This document shows positions 42,989 through 57,388 of a stretch of DNA of 64,000 bases, piece by piece. A model generated the notes under the pieces. It was given only the letters and a program-made list of their open reading frames with translations, searched no databases and was not told the origin of the DNA. Numbering within the stretch: position 1 is the stretch's first letter; the number at the start of each line of letters is the position of its first letter. This DNA comes from Chrysomallon squamiferum. Taxonomy: Eukaryota > Animalia > Mollusca. Position numbers and translations under genes: made by a program. Location: contig CM022675.1 in NCBI GenBank assembly GCA_012295275.1, forward strand, positions 1,240,001 through 1,304,000, given 5' to 3'.

Positions 42989-43090
42989 CCTAGCTGCAGA
43001 AAGCTAATAATTTAGTACCTGGTTGTTGGGAAAATAGGTGTCATTTTTACTTGTTTCAAATGCAGGCCATTGTGATGACGTCATCCAATT
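42989..43090 (-). promoter_or_regulatory. Candidate promoter and non-coding exon for a minus-strand transcript
   Basis: CRE TGACGTCA 43076-43083 adjacent to CCAAT; strong donor AGG|GTAAGT at 42988; possible acceptor ctaacag at 42534. Confidence 0.3.
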
Positions 43091-43289
43091 GTCGAGATAA
43101 TTGCGTCATTCTAGCGCTGTTAAATGTTACCATAGCAGATATGTAAACTCTTAAATACTCAATTAAACCGTAGTATTTTGATTTATGAATGATATGTGAT
43201 CCCATCAACATAGACTTATAGACAGTAACTTTAATGTGTTTTCTTTATTGTCAGATATGCATTATTCAAAATAGAGAGATATATAGCGA

Positions 43290-43390
<101 letters not shown>

Positions 43391-43835
43391 CGCTCATCTA
43401 AATGATACTAACTATAATTCGTAATCGAATTCACGTTCACGTTAAAGTTTTCGTTTTCACGGACACTGTAACATTCAGCGACACAGTTTTGTTTGTTTAA
43501 CAGGTTACACGGTTCTCATTATTGCTGGGGATGGGCAAGCTAACAGGTCAAAAAATATATATATATAATAAAGTATTTTTCTGACTCTTATCGCATCTCA
43601 TTGTACAGAAATGAAAAGAATTGTGTCGAACATCCACTAACAGATAGTGTAAAAACAGGCCTGATTCTGGTAATATAAATATTTAATAAAACTGATAACC
43701 ACCAAGTTATGAGAATTTCCATTAGCTTCTTCTTCATTTATCGTCACTGAGTTAATCATTGATTTATATATATAAATCAAGTGAACGTTATTAATTATTT
43801 TATTTATATATTTTTCATTGTTGTTGTTGTTGTTG

Positions 43836-43879
<44 letters not shown>

Positions 43880-44452
43880 GCTGTTGCTGTTGCTGTTGTT
43901 GTTGTTGTTGCTGTTGTTGTCATCGTCATATTTTATCATTAGCAAGATTTGGAACAAAGAAACAGTACTAAGAAAGAATAAACAATAAACATAATCTTTT
44001 TAGGTTTTTTGTTTGTACCGAGACAGCAAACTTTAATTAGATACTTCCCAGCACAGGCAGAATCTACTTTCTGAGATTCCTGGTTACCTGGCGATTCCCT
44101 GCAACACATTTTAATGAATTTATTTTTTTATTTATTTATTTACTTTTATATTTATATTGTTATGTCCTGGAAGAATATAAATGCTGTAAAGATATTTTCG
44201 GTTACATGATTTAACTTAGGTACAAAACTACCAATTTACTAGGTCGGGGTGTGTCCGTACAGGCTTTAAATCCAAGAGAACACTCCAGATGGAGGAATGT
44301 ACAAAGAAATCATATTATAGTCTCATTAACCCACACACTTCTACGTTGAATACAACAAAGTTCCAGGCTATCGAGACTAACGAAGTTTGTCACGTTGGAA
44401 GCGGAAGTTATTGCTTCGTGATGTCAACCGATTGTTTTTTCTTACTAGTATA

Positions 44453-44569
44453 ATGCAATTGATTCGTTTTAGGACAAAGGCTGTCATTTTGTACTTTTGT
44501 AGTTTAGGGCTGTTGTTTCTGATAGTGCTGTATTTTGCAGGAGAGAACAACACTCAAAACAACAATGCG
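44453..44569 (+). CDS. METTL24: METTL24-like exon 1 (signal anchor MQLIRFRTKAVILYFCSLGLLFLIVLYFAG...)
   Basis: Basic N-terminus followed by a hydrophobic stretch; GCG|GTAAGA donor; ETS motif GCGGAAGT at 44401 upstream. Confidence 0.8.
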
Positions 44570-45682
44570 GTAAGATTTTTAAACAAGGACCATCTGTTAT
44601 CGTTTTAATTGCTATTTCAAATTCGAAGCGAAAATACAATCTCAGTACACTGTACAGCGAGTGCAGAATATCTCGATTTATTTTTGTCATCACAGTCTCA
44701 TTTTAAAATGATTCTTTTTGTTGTCTATTACTTATCTTTTTGTTGTTATATTTTCATTTTTGAAACAAAAATGTTCTGAAATGGAGCATATGGTGGATAA
44801 GCGATTTTATCGTTTTAAACAGTGTAAAATTTAATCAGGAATAATTTCAGTAAACTAAAACAGTTAATTTTAGTTATTTAAAGTGAATTATCCGACATTC
44901 TTTTATAAATTAAATAAATTATGAAATTTTTTAATAAATTCATGTTAAAAAGAGTGTATGTGACGTGAAAATCTCGTTTGCATCATCTTTCGGTAACAGT
45001 AGCCGTCTGTCAAAGTGGAACAAGTGACGTATGCAGAGTAATTTCAGAAACTTTCAAATTTGTGTGTTTGATAATCTTAGGAGATACTTTCAGATTTTAT
45101 AATATACAATTTTATTTATTTATTTACTTGTAACCTATTGTTCCCATTCATTCTTTATTTATTTGTTTTTAATATTGTTTTTCTGTCTATTTGATTTTTT
45201 TTTTTTTTTTTTCGGAACTTAAATTTTGTGTGTGCATATGGATGTTTTAAACAGTCATGTGATTAATTAGAAATATATACATTTTAATATATACTGTGTT
45301 TTGAATTATTTGCATAAAGATAAAGTTTTCAATTAAAATAAAAATAAATATTTTGTGAAATTGTTACATACATTTATTTATTTATTTATTATTATTGTTG
45401 TTGTTGTTGTTGTTGTTGCTGAATGAATTAATATTTTTATTATAACATTAACAGTTATAATATTCCAGTTTTAAAAATTAATAAGTAATATATAAACTTA
45501 AGGATTTCTAACCATTTAAATTATTAATTCACTCTCCCAGTCATTTTAATATTAAGAATCGTTTTCAATATCTACATATATTTTATTATTACTGTTTATT
45601 TATATATTTATTTTAAATAAAAAATTTAAATAAAAAATAGTCAATTCAGAGTTCAGACATTCACTGTACTGAAAACACTGTT

Positions 45683-45747
<65 letters not shown>

Positions 45748-46635
45748 TAATAGCAGAAGTTTACACCTACTGTTATTAACACAACTGGTAAATATTTGTT
45801 TTCTTGCAGGCGTCGTTGTTTGAGCACATGGCAGTGGATCGTGTTGTGCTGGCAGAAAGTCAGAACAAAGAAATAATCGTTGTACCAGGCTCAAAACCAA
45901 AGTTTAATCCAGTTCATGGTAAAACATCATCAAGTCTCATCGTTTTTCATAACCCAAATCACAGATCCCTCAGTTGAAATTAAAAAGTGGAAATCAAAAC
46001 TTGTTACTGAAAAAAATAGTGATATCTTACAGATTTTGGATTATTTTGCATACATTAGTTTTTCTTTATCCACTAAAATAATAAAAAAAAATATTATATA
46101 AAAAATTCTGCAGACTGTCTATATACATTGTATATTAAAAGTAAATGGAATTCTTATTTAGACTTAGAGTCTGTTGTTAGGCTATCTCCTCAAATTCCAA
46201 ACTTGAAACATTCCAGTCCCAATCATTTCAGGAAGATGATTGAGAATCTGTATTCTGGCTATTTATTAATCTCTTAACTCTCGCACACACTGTTTGTTTT
46301 TGTCTTTTTTGTATCTCTGCTGCCTCACATGTTTTATTTATTTATTTGTTTATTTATTTATTTATTTATTTATTTATTTGTTTGTTTGTTTGTGTCAGAT
46401 TTTGATCTAAACTTAAGAAGAAATAAAGGAAAAGTTGTGTTTATGCAGAAGAACAAATCAAAAAGTGGGAAAACAGAAAATGTGAGTTCTGTTACAAAGT
46501 TTATTATTATTTTGGTTAAATTAAATTAATCTTTTTTATGTAGGTATTTTAAATTTAATTTTTCATGTCTGTGTGTGTTTTTGTGTGTACATGCGTGTTT
46601 TCTGAGTATGTGTGTGTATGTATGTATGTATATAG

Positions 46636-46666
<31 letters not shown>

Positions 46667-49378
46667 GATATATGCATGTATATTAAAAGTTTAAAATCAT
46701 CAAAGTATATAAATTTCTTAAATTACAAGAAAAGACTGACCCAATATAAAAAAAAACAAAAAAAAAATATTTTTTTTATTAGTAATAGATCTTTTTATGA
46801 TTAAATCATTAATTGTGCTAGAGAATGGATTTTTATCAAAACCTCAGCATGAAAAACATATCAGATGTGTGGTGTCAATCCATAATTATACAAATCTTTT
46901 CTCTTATCCTAAATAATTTCTTTATTTGATAATTATTATTATATATTTTTGGTTTTGTTATTTAGTTTATTTACTTTCTTGTTTGTTTGATTGACTGTTT
47001 ATTTATATATTTATTTATGTATTTATTTATTTAAATTTCAGCGTAGACAAGGTGGAAATAAAAGTCTGTCTCCTACAGATGATTTACTGAGACTGTCGTC
47101 CAGGCAACTGTCCAGCCTTGGTCACTCAGAACTGTCCAGTCTGTACCACAGGTAACACTGCTGTTCAGTCAGTCAGTCAGTCAGTCAGTTAGTCAGTCAG
47201 TCATTAGTTAGTCAATCAGTCATTAGTCATTACTCAAGTCAGTCAGTTAGTCATTAGTAAGTCAGTACACAAGTCAGTCAGTCATTAGTCAGTAGTTTAC
47301 TGAGTAGTCAGTCAGTAGTCACTAGTCAAATCAGTCAGTCAGTAAGATTATAAACTGATCTGTTTCCACCAATCACTATCTTCGTCAAATTAAACAAATA
47401 TTAGTTGTAATAACTTGACCAATTAGAATCAGAAAATTTCAACATTTTACTTATTTGTTTTCTATATATTAAATATGTAAATATTTTGATCTGTTTAATA
47501 TTTGTTTTGTTTGTTTTTTAGCTATGTGGACAGTACTCAGGTTCAGTGTTCAGAAGTTGACAGATTTGGAAAGGTGACAGACGGAGGGTGGGATGTATGT
47601 ATGGATGACAAATACGTTCCTAAAAAACCTTGTCTGGTGTATTCGTTTGGGTAATTTGCTAATTTCAGCTTAATATTAAATTACATTAACATTTTTGTTT
47701 ATATCATAATTTGATTTGTTAATTCAGCTAGGAGAGAATATTAAACATAGAGATGTTTACCTGATTTTCTTTATATTTTAATTCTCAATATTTTAAAATT
47801 TCTTCTTGTTTATTTTATTTTATTTTTAATTTTTTTTTTAAATATGTTGTAATTTTCATTTATGTTCTCTTATTTGTTAGTTTACAGTTTTGTTTTGTTT
47901 TGTTTATTTTTCTGTTTTATTATATTTTGTTAATTATTTATATGTTTGTTTTTAGTATTGGTGAAGATTTCAGTTTTGATGATGCAATTGCAAGAAGAAT
48001 TGGCTGTGAAGTTCATTCATTTGACCCAAGGTAAAAATAAATATTACTACTACTTCTATTAGTATTAGTACTACCTACTACCATACCATGCCTATTGTTA
48101 CTACTACTACTGCTGCTGTTATTACTACTATTGCTACTACCACTACTTTTATTTCTACTAGCTATTAGTACTAATTATAATAAGATTTACTATAATCATC
48201 ATCATCGTCATCACCATCATTGTCCTTATTATTAATCTTATTTTTTCGTAAACTATGACAATCATAATTTTATTTACATGAAAAAAGACATTCTACACAG
48301 TACTGGAATATTTAATAAATTGCTGAACTTATAAAATTATTTGTTTTAAAGGTTTAAATCTTACATAACATCTGCCATGTAGATATTAGCTATATTAACA
48401 TAAATACCACAGTTATTATTACTAACTGTTTTATTATTACTTTTCTTCTGTTACATTGAGAATTGTATTTAATTGTTATTTGTGTGATTTTTTTCTAATT
48501 ATTCACACAATAATTGTAGCTAAAAATCTTGCTTCTGTTCTTAAATATAAAAATATATTACTTATTTACTAGTAATATTACTATAGCCATTAAACCTAGA
48601 AGTAGTAGTAGTAGTAGTTTATATAGTAGTAATAATAAAAAGTAGTAGTAGTAGTTCAACAAAGTTGTAAGTGCTGTAGTAATAATAGTAGTGGTATTGT
48701 TGGTAGTAATAGTAGTAGTAGTAGTAGTAATAGCAGAAATAACAATAATTAATAATAACAATAATAGTGCTAGTAGTATTTATATCAGTAATAATAAAAG
48801 TAGTAGTAGTAGTTCTAGTTGTAATGCTAATAATAACAACAGTTTTGGTTGTAGTAGTAGTGGTAATATTAATAATAATAATAGTATTAACAGTAATAAC
48901 AAATAATAATGATAATGATAATAATAAGAGTAACAACAGTTTTATTTGTAGTAATGGTGGTAATATTAATAACAGTAATAGTATTAACAGTAATAACAAA
49001 TAATAATGATGATGATAATAGTAACAGTAAGAGTAACAACAGTAATGATGAAGGTTTGTTTGTTTCTGAGTTCAGTTTGAAGAGTAAGGACAAACAAAGG
49101 GCAAGTGGGGTTCAGTTTCACCAGCTTGGAATCGCTGACTTCAACGGAACGTCTCAACCTCAGCACTGGGTAATGAAAACAATGACAGCACTGAAATCTC
49201 TACTCGGACACTCAAAGGTATTTTGATATTTTACTTTAATAGTCAGATTCTAGTGTTCATTTTGTATGTTAATGTTTTTAAAACATTTGTGTTTTGATCT
49301 TTTTAACATATGTTTTCCATTATAATATTTAAATCACTTTTTAAGAAGCCAATATTTTATTTTATTTTATTATTATTT

Positions 49379-49425
<47 letters not shown>

Positions 49426-50010
49426 TATTAGTATTTTTTTTTTAAAATTATTATTATTGCTATTTTTGCTATTAAATTACTATTATTATTATTATTACCA
49501 TTATTATTTCTTCTTTTTTGTCTTTTGAAAATAAATGTAAGATTTTTTTGTTTGTTTTAACTGAAAAAAATTCAAATATTTGTAATACAAATAATTGATT
49601 TTCTTTCTTTCTTTCTAATTTTTTCTTCTGCTGCATTGCTTTAGGAGATTACTGTAATATATAATACAAGAGTATATGTAAATAAATTTCTTAAATTATA
49701 ATTCAGAGATAAACATGTAATGCATGTACACACATGTACAGGTATGTACACACATACACACACACATTTATACACACATACATACTTACATACATACATA
49801 CATACATTTACCTGGTAAGCTTTCAATCAGAGATGTTCTGTATTTACGAGTTTGTCAGATATCTGGATGCAGGCCACATCTTTACTTAAAATTTAAAATA
49901 AATTAAGAAAATGTATTTTATAGATTCAAGCTAAAACACTTCTAAAGGAGGGTCACTTTGAATTTTTATTAATTCATTCAAAATTCTTAAAATACTTATA
50001 CTGAAAATGT

Positions 50011-50056
<46 letters not shown>

Positions 50057-50756
50057 CTTTGAAAACATTAAATTATTATTATTTAGATTTTAATTTATGA
50101 ACTCTTTAACAACAACAGTGGCAGTAGATGTAGTGGTGGTAGTAGGGTAGTAGTAGTTGTTGTTTCAGTAGTAGTAGTAGTGATGGTGGTGTTGGTAGTA
50201 GTTATTGTAGCAACAGTGGTACTAGTAACAGTGGTTTGTGATGTAAAAGTGATAAATATATTTTGTGTGTTTATTTATTTCACTGGGTGGTAAACTAATT
50301 GGCTGTCTTCAGTCTTCCTCAAGGGAGATAAGCAATGAGTCATTAAGCAAATAACTGGAATAGTTTTCAAAATTAACAAAATGAAAAAGAAACAGGTAAT
50401 ATGAGAGTGTTTGACATGAAAAACTGTTTAAGTTTTATCCAGAACAAATGACACATTCTTTTTTTTAATAAGGATGAAGTTTAAGTTTATAAATGCAGAT
50501 ACAAACACTTACACACATACATAGATGCACACTTAAACAAACATATGTACAGCCACACACACACACACACACAAATTTATCTGTTAGTTATATTTAACTA
50601 ATCTGTCATAAATCAATTATTTTATTTTGTAAGAAGACAATATATGCCATAGCCCATACTGTGAAATGATTGTTGAGTCCATTTTATTATATAAGAAATT
50701 TATTTACATTATTTCCTTTAGTTGTAGAAATAACATCAATTTTTTTCTATTTCTGA

Positions 50757-50803
<47 letters not shown>

Positions 50804-52049
50804 TAACAATCAAAACAACAAAACAACAATGGTAATGATAATAATAACTGTAATGCTTTTTATATAAGGACAGTACTCTACTACCACAACTGCAGTTACT
50901 ACTACTAGTACTTCTACAATAACAACAGCAACAACTACCACTACTTCTACTCCTGTTAAAAAAATACTGTTGTTGTTAAAAAGTATATGGGGGAAAAAAA
51001 TCTAAATCTAAAATACATTAACCACATTTAGCTGTTTTTACTGTGTTGATCAATACTAAAAAGCTTGAGCTTAAAACTGTGTAAATGTTGTTTGAAGCTG
51101 AACTTGTTTTCAGAAGAATTAAAGTTTGTCATCACTTAGAACCTAGTCACAGATGACTGAGTTTACAGATTGCTTTGATTTGAAGTTAATAGGATGTGTT
51201 GACAAAAAGAAAAGTTTGATTTAGAGTTAACAGTCTGTTGCAAATAGATACAAGAAGAGATAACATAGGTTTCATTGTACAGTGTGTGTGTGTGAGAGAG
51301 AGAGTGTGTGTGTGTGAGAGAGAGAGAGTGTGTGTGTTTTGTCAGAGAGAGAGAGAGAGAAAGGGGGAGAGAGAGATTGTGTGTGTGTGAGAGAGAAATT
51401 ATATGAAATTTTAAAACAAAATTTTTACATAACATAACAAATAAGTATTTTACATATTTCCTTTTCAAATAATCATAACAACAAAAACAACAACAACAAC
51501 AACAATAATAATAATTAATAATAATAATAAATAAATTTCAACATCATGTAAAAATAAATAAAAGTAATAATAAAGTAAATAATAACAACAATAATGAGTT
51601 ATAAATGAGAAGCTGTTAATTAGAATGATATGTCAGAGTTAGCAATACAGTTTCAAAATGTTTCATGTAGTTTATATGTTACAAAGAAATACTGAGTAAG
51701 TAAAATATAACTCCATAACATCTGTGAGATCTAAATTAACATTCTGCAGGGGTAGATCGTGAAATTAATATTTTTACTCTTGTTGTGATGTTTTATCATC
51801 ATATGACAATATTAAAATAATTATTTTTGGAACAGAGAATGATTTTTGTTTAACAGTACATCAGAAAATTAAATTGGTTTTAAAGTTTTGTCTTGTATTA
51901 ATGTTGTGAAAAAGATAATTATAATAATATTATTAATAATAATAATAGTAGAATAATAATAATAACATTAGGAACAACAACAACAATAATAATAATAATA
52001 GTAATTACAATAAGTGAATAACAATAATAATAATAGTAATTACAATAAG

Positions 52050-52090
<41 letters not shown>

Positions 52091-52148
52091 CAATAATAAT
52101 AAATAACAATAAGTAATAATAATAATAATAAATAACAATAATAAGAAC

Positions 52149-52183
<35 letters not shown>

Positions 52184-52311
52184 TAATAATAAGAACAATA
52201 GTAATAATAATAATAACAATAACAATAGTAATAACAATAATAATAATAACATAACAATAATAAGAACAATAGTAATAATAATAATAATAGTAATTACAAT
52301 AAGTAAATAAC

Positions 52312-52346
<35 letters not shown>

Positions 52347-52770
52347 TAATAATAAAAATAATAATAAAAATAACAATAATAACAACAATAATAACAATAT
52401 AATACTATTACTGCTACATCAGTGTGTGTTTGTGTTTCAGACTAGACTGGACATTCTGAAGATGGACATTGAGGAGTGGGAGTGGAAGGTTCTGCCTGAC
52501 CTGCTGTGGCATCGACACCTGGACAATGTCCGCCAGTTCTTCATCGAGATCCACACGTGTGAGACATGCTCAGTGTACAACCCACAGCTGACTGACAAGG
52601 AGCCGAGCAAACAGCGCTACGTGCTCGCTCTGCGCCTGCTACAGGACGTCTTCAAAGCCGGGTTCAGGATCTTTCACACGCACCGCAACCCAGCCTGCAG
52701 GTACATCTCTCGATTCGGCCTGGAGGAACGGAGCGCTTGTCACGAGCTTCATTTCATCAGAGTCAGGTGA
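44453..52770 (+). CDS. METTL24: METTL24-like (FkbM/Methyltransf_22-type) SAM-dependent methyltransferase, type II membrane-anchored, 364 aa, 8 exons
   Basis: Exons 44453-44569, 45810-45918, 46399-46481, 47042-47151, 47522-47650, 47956-48030, 49076-49217, 52441-52770 join GT-AG in phase to 1095 nt; motifs DGGWDVC, CLVYSFGI, FSFDD, GCEVHSFDPS, DILKMDIEEWEW, QFFIEIH, HxNPxC, CHELHF. Confidence 0.9.
45810..45918 (+). CDS. METTL24: METTL24-like exon 2 (stem region)
   Basis: ttcttgcag acceptor, G|GTAAAA donor, open in phase 0/1. Confidence 0.7.
46399..46481 (+). CDS. METTL24: METTL24-like exon 3 (stem region)
   Basis: tgtcag acceptor, AAT|GTGAGT donor; phase 1/0 bridges exons 2 and 4. Confidence 0.7.
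47042..47151 (+). CDS. METTL24: METTL24-like exon 4
   Basis: tttcag acceptor, AG|GTAAC donor; ends ELSSLYH(S). Confidence 0.8.
47165..47345. repeat. (TCAG)n tetranucleotide tract just after the METTL24-like exon 4 donor
   Basis: cagtcagtcagt... with degenerate tail. Confidence 0.85.
47522..47650 (+). CDS. METTL24: METTL24-like exon 5 (YVDSTQVQC...DGGWDVC...CLVYSFG)
   Basis: Family motifs; ttttag acceptor, GG|GTAATT donor. Confidence 0.92.
47956..48030 (+). CDS. METTL24: METTL24-like exon 6 (IGEDFSFDDAIARRIGCEVHSFDPS)
   Basis: Family motifs; ttttag acceptor, AG|GTAAAA donor. Confidence 0.92.
49076..49217 (+). CDS. METTL24: METTL24-like exon 7 (LKSKDKQRASGVQFHQLGI...LGHSK)
   Basis: ttcag acceptor, AAG|GTATTT donor, phase 2/0. 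Confidence 0.88.
52441..52770 (+). CDS. METTL24: METTL24-like terminal coding exon (TRLDILKMDIEEWEW...CHELHFIRVR*)
   Basis: tttcag acceptor at 52440; D(I/L)LKxDIE motif; TGA at 52768-52770. Confidence 0.92.
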   Translation, partial: TRLDILKMDIEEWEWKVLPDLLWHRHLDNVRQFFIEIHTCETCSVYNPQLTDKEPSKQRYVLALRLLQDVFKAGFRIFHTHRNPACRYISRFGLEERSACHELHFIRVR

Positions 52771-52990
52771 AACTGCAGTGATTAGAGTTCTGTGGTTTTT
52801 GCCTGTCACAAAGCTTCATTTCATCAGAGTCAGGTGAAACCACAGAGATTAGAGTTCTGTGGTTTTTGCCTGTCACAAAGCTTCATTTCATCAGAATCAG
52901 GTGAAACCACAGAGATTAGAGTTCTGTGGTTTTTGCCTGTCATGAGCTTCATTTCATCAGAGTCAGGTGAAACCGCAGTGATTAGAGTTT
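52737..52990. repeat. 66/67-bp tandem repeat spanning the METTL24-like stop codon; about 3.7 copies
   Basis: agcttcatttcatcaga(g/a)tcaggtgaaac at 52745, 52812, 52879, 52945. Confidence 0.95.
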
Positions 52991-53141
52991 TACCATTCAT
53001 TTTTGTTATTATTATTGTTATTGTTATTTTTTCCTTATCGTTTATTTTTGTATTATGATTTTTTTGTTTTTTTTAATGTAAATAAGAATTCATTCATGTC
53101 AAATTTAACACTGTTTTATGGTTAGTTGTTTATTTGTTTGT

Positions 53142-53176
<35 letters not shown>

Positions 53177-53990
53177 TATACAGTTTAATTTTTAAATAAA
53201 ATTTCTTACAAAGCAATAAAATTTCTCACCAAATTGCATCTCATCAAAATTCTTTAATTAATCAATTTAAATAATTAATTTCTGTTATTGATGTGAAATG
53301 TGTTTAATGTTGTTTTTTCTTAATTTTCTTCTATGATATGTTATCACTATAATTTTATTTATTGAAATTATTTCTGAAATAATAATTGTCATGTAATTAT
53401 TGATGTTACTTTTGTTATTATCTTTTCTCTTTTTTTTTTTTTTTTTTTATAATATTATCATTGCCATCATCATCATTATGATGTAAAATGTAATGAGAGG
53501 AAAAATGTCTGATATAGTTTAACAATTTTCACTGAAATTGTTTTTTCTTATATATTATATTATTCATCCTTCAGTAAATATGACTTATTAGCAAGAAACG
53601 ATGAACATAAATTTCTATATTTTTCAGTAACAGAGCAATAATATTCGTTTTTTGACAAACAAGTACTTTGTTAAATTACTTGTTATTTACATATATACAT
53701 TTTTCAGTTACTTATTTAGACCATTTTATGCTGGTTTATATCTTAAAATACCATTTTGAAAATGGTTTTCATTTGAAACTATTCGGTGAAAAGTGAACTG
53801 TTGTTGTTTAAAAATTCTCTTTTGTTCTGATGTAATGTTTGTGTAGGTGACAACAAAAACAATACAAAGAATCTACTACGCATGAAAGTGGCAAAATCAG
53901 AAATAAAACAGATGATTTAATTCAGTTTTTGTATTAATTATGATTATAACTGATATCACAGAATGTCTTAAGACAATAAAACATTATTTC

Positions 53991-54022
<32 letters not shown>

Positions 54023-54173
54023 GTATGATAATAGTTATTCTTTTTTATATCATCTGTTTTAAAAACAATCGGGAGAAGTAAATTGTTGTAATAAAAATAA
54101 TTTTATATGAAGTGTTTCACAAAATATAGTCTGATCTTGAAAATCTACTGGTATTTTATTATTAATATTATCA

Positions 54174-54232
<59 letters not shown>

Positions 54233-54652
54233 TTATTATTATTATTATTATTTCTTTTTTTTTATCTGAATTGAATTTGTAAAACTAAATTTAAAAACAT
54301 TGTAATTGAAATTAATTTTGAACTAAAGTGTTTCTATTTTTGAATAAAACTAGTCAGTTATTTGTGAATACACATGACCTTTGTGAACTTAACCTGCCAG
54401 TGGTGTGAACTATAATTATGAACAAATTTGTATGTACCTAACATTTCTCTTTTTTGATCGAATTTACTTTATTTGTCTTTCTATAGCTGCATGCATTTGT
54501 TTAGATTTTTGATTTGTAGTAGCACTGTGCTGTGCATAAAGTAAATAATTTATAGTAATTTGTATCATTAGTGTTTTAATGTTTGAATCTCACAGGTGTA
54601 TACTCAACAGTTCTAGTTTTTGTACTGGGGTAAATTTGTAACATGGTGTTGT

Positions 54653-54715
<63 letters not shown>

Positions 54716-55953
54716 TATTATTATTATTATAATTACTATTATCATTATTATATTATTAATATTATTATTAGTAGTATTATTAACATTATTATATAGTAAT
54801 CATGATTATTTCAAACTGGGACAAACAATAAATTTTATGATTTTCTTTTTTCCTCAATTATTTTTTATTTTTTTTTATTTTTTTTTTGGGGGTTGGGGGC
54901 AGGGGGGTTGTTATTGTTTATTATTATTATTATTAATTTTGTCATCATCATCATCGTCATCATCATTCTCATCATCCGAGATGAGTACGAACAGCAGTGA
55001 AATGTGTCATGGGTTAAAAACAAAGATTTCACAGTTTTAAAACAAATACAAAATTTGAGAAAAAACTAATTTTACAGTGCTCCCTTGTCATATATGCAGA
55101 AATCTAGTTGTTGAAAATCACCAGAAAGAAAAATAATTGTTTATATGTTTGTTTTGATGTGCTTGTATGCCTACAATAAATTTTATCTTATGTTATTATT
55201 ATTATTATTTTATTATTATTATTATTATTATTATTTTATAATATCTAAATGATGTTTGTCAAAACAAAAATGTTTAATATATTTTTATTTTTTATTTATT
55301 TTAAAGTTTGCCCTACAGTTAGAGAAATATTTTTTAAAATTAGCATTTTTGGTGTTTTCAGAAAATTTATCATTATTTTTTTTTTTTTTTTTTTTTTATT
55401 TATCAACGAAATTTATGACACCAAGTTTATAGACTTGTTTTCATGTAAATATTATTAGGAATTTTTAGTCTTTTTTTTTTTTTACAAAGCTGTTTTGCTT
55501 GTAAATATTTGTGTTTTTATATCTGTCTGTCTATCTGTCTGGTATGATGGTATGCATGTCTGTACATGTGTGTTGGTGTGAATTTTTGTCTTCAAAAATG
55601 TTAATGGTAATGATAGTAATAAGAAAAATAATAAGAAAAAAAAACTGTGTTACTGGTATTATTATCATTATCATTATCATGCGTTGATTGTGTGTTAGTA
55701 ATGTTCTGTAAATCTGTGTCTGTGTATACAAATATGTGTTTTGAGCTGGGAACAGGCAACGAAAGTGCAATTATTTGTAACTTTTATCCAGATGTGGACC
55801 AATTTATGAAATCTTTTATTATTAATAAATGATAATGAACATTTAAAAAAAGTGTCTTGTTGTTTTTATATACATATAGAAACACTCACTTACTCATTCT
55901 ATCTCCTTCAGTCTGTTTCCATCTCTCGCTCTTTATCTCCATCTATCTGCTTT

Positions 55954-56013
<60 letters not shown>

Positions 56014-56115
56014 TAGAAATGAATATAGAAAAACAGCAGACGTAAACATGTCAAATAGTGTACAGTTTACTTAGCAATATTTACAACTAAGATAACACTA
56101 ATATAATAAAACGTA

Positions 56116-56147
<32 letters not shown>

Positions 56148-56512
56148 GTAATAAAAAGAAAAGCCAAACTAATTAAAAACAGCCCTTTTGATTTTGACGG
56201 GTATGTAATGTTCTGGATGAAACTTTGTTTGAAAAAGGCACCAAGAAGATAATTACAAAAACAAATGATAAATATACATAAACAACTGAACAAAAAAAAA
56301 AGAAAATAATAAATAATAATAAGTAAAGAAAGAAAAACCCTCAGAAGAATATTCCAATTATACTGAAAATAAATTAACAAAACGTGTTACGGAAACAATA
56401 TTACGTTGCTATGTAATAGATATGACGTCATAAAGGAGATTATAAAATTAATTCATGTATCATTTTTCTTTTTTTTCTTTTTTCTTTCTTTCTTCTTCTT
56501 GTTCTTCATCTT

Positions 56513-56543
<31 letters not shown>

Positions 56544-57307
56544 TTATTATTATTTTTTTATTTTTTTTTGGTTGAAATTTTTGGTTTCTGTATTTTCAGA
56601 TAGATTTGTTTTATTTATTTATTTATTTGTTTATTATTTCTTCTTCTTGTACTGTATCTGCAGCATTTATTCAAAATGCATAAAACGTTACTTCCTTCAC
56701 ATAACTGCTGTACTGTGGTTGACATGGGTCTAGCTTATTCGACGATCAACAACAGAAATGTCTCATCCAGTTTGTTTTGAACACAGTCTAGTATTTTAGA
56801 CTCTGTTTCGTAAAAGAAGTTCTGCGATACACCAGTTGTATCTTCGCTAACTCGATGTTTCACCAGTTCCAGAAAACAAAATACTAAGTTTGCTGTCGAG
56901 CACTGGATATATTTAATTAACTACATCGTTTTATACATTTACATAATAATATAGGAAAAACCACTGATCATGTTACTCTTTTTTTGCATTTATATCAGTA
57001 TGGTGTTCTTTTATTTGGTACTTACATAAATTCTGATTAAAATAGGAAAACACGAAACGTAATGTCATTATTAATTTTGACAAAACAATGGTCTCATACC
57101 AGACTTAATTCTCACGCACATTCTTGATTTAAATAAGCAGAAATGCAATAAAATAACACCTGTTGTCTAAGTCGGCTGCACGCGGGAATTCGTTGCCTGG
57201 AGACGGCTCAGTGTCGTCTGCTCTGCTTCATGTTTTAATCCCGTCGTCATTGTTCAAATAACGAAGTAGAGAGTTCACAGACTGAATTTTCTTCGTAATA
57301 ACAAAAG

Positions 57308-57388
<81 letters not shown>

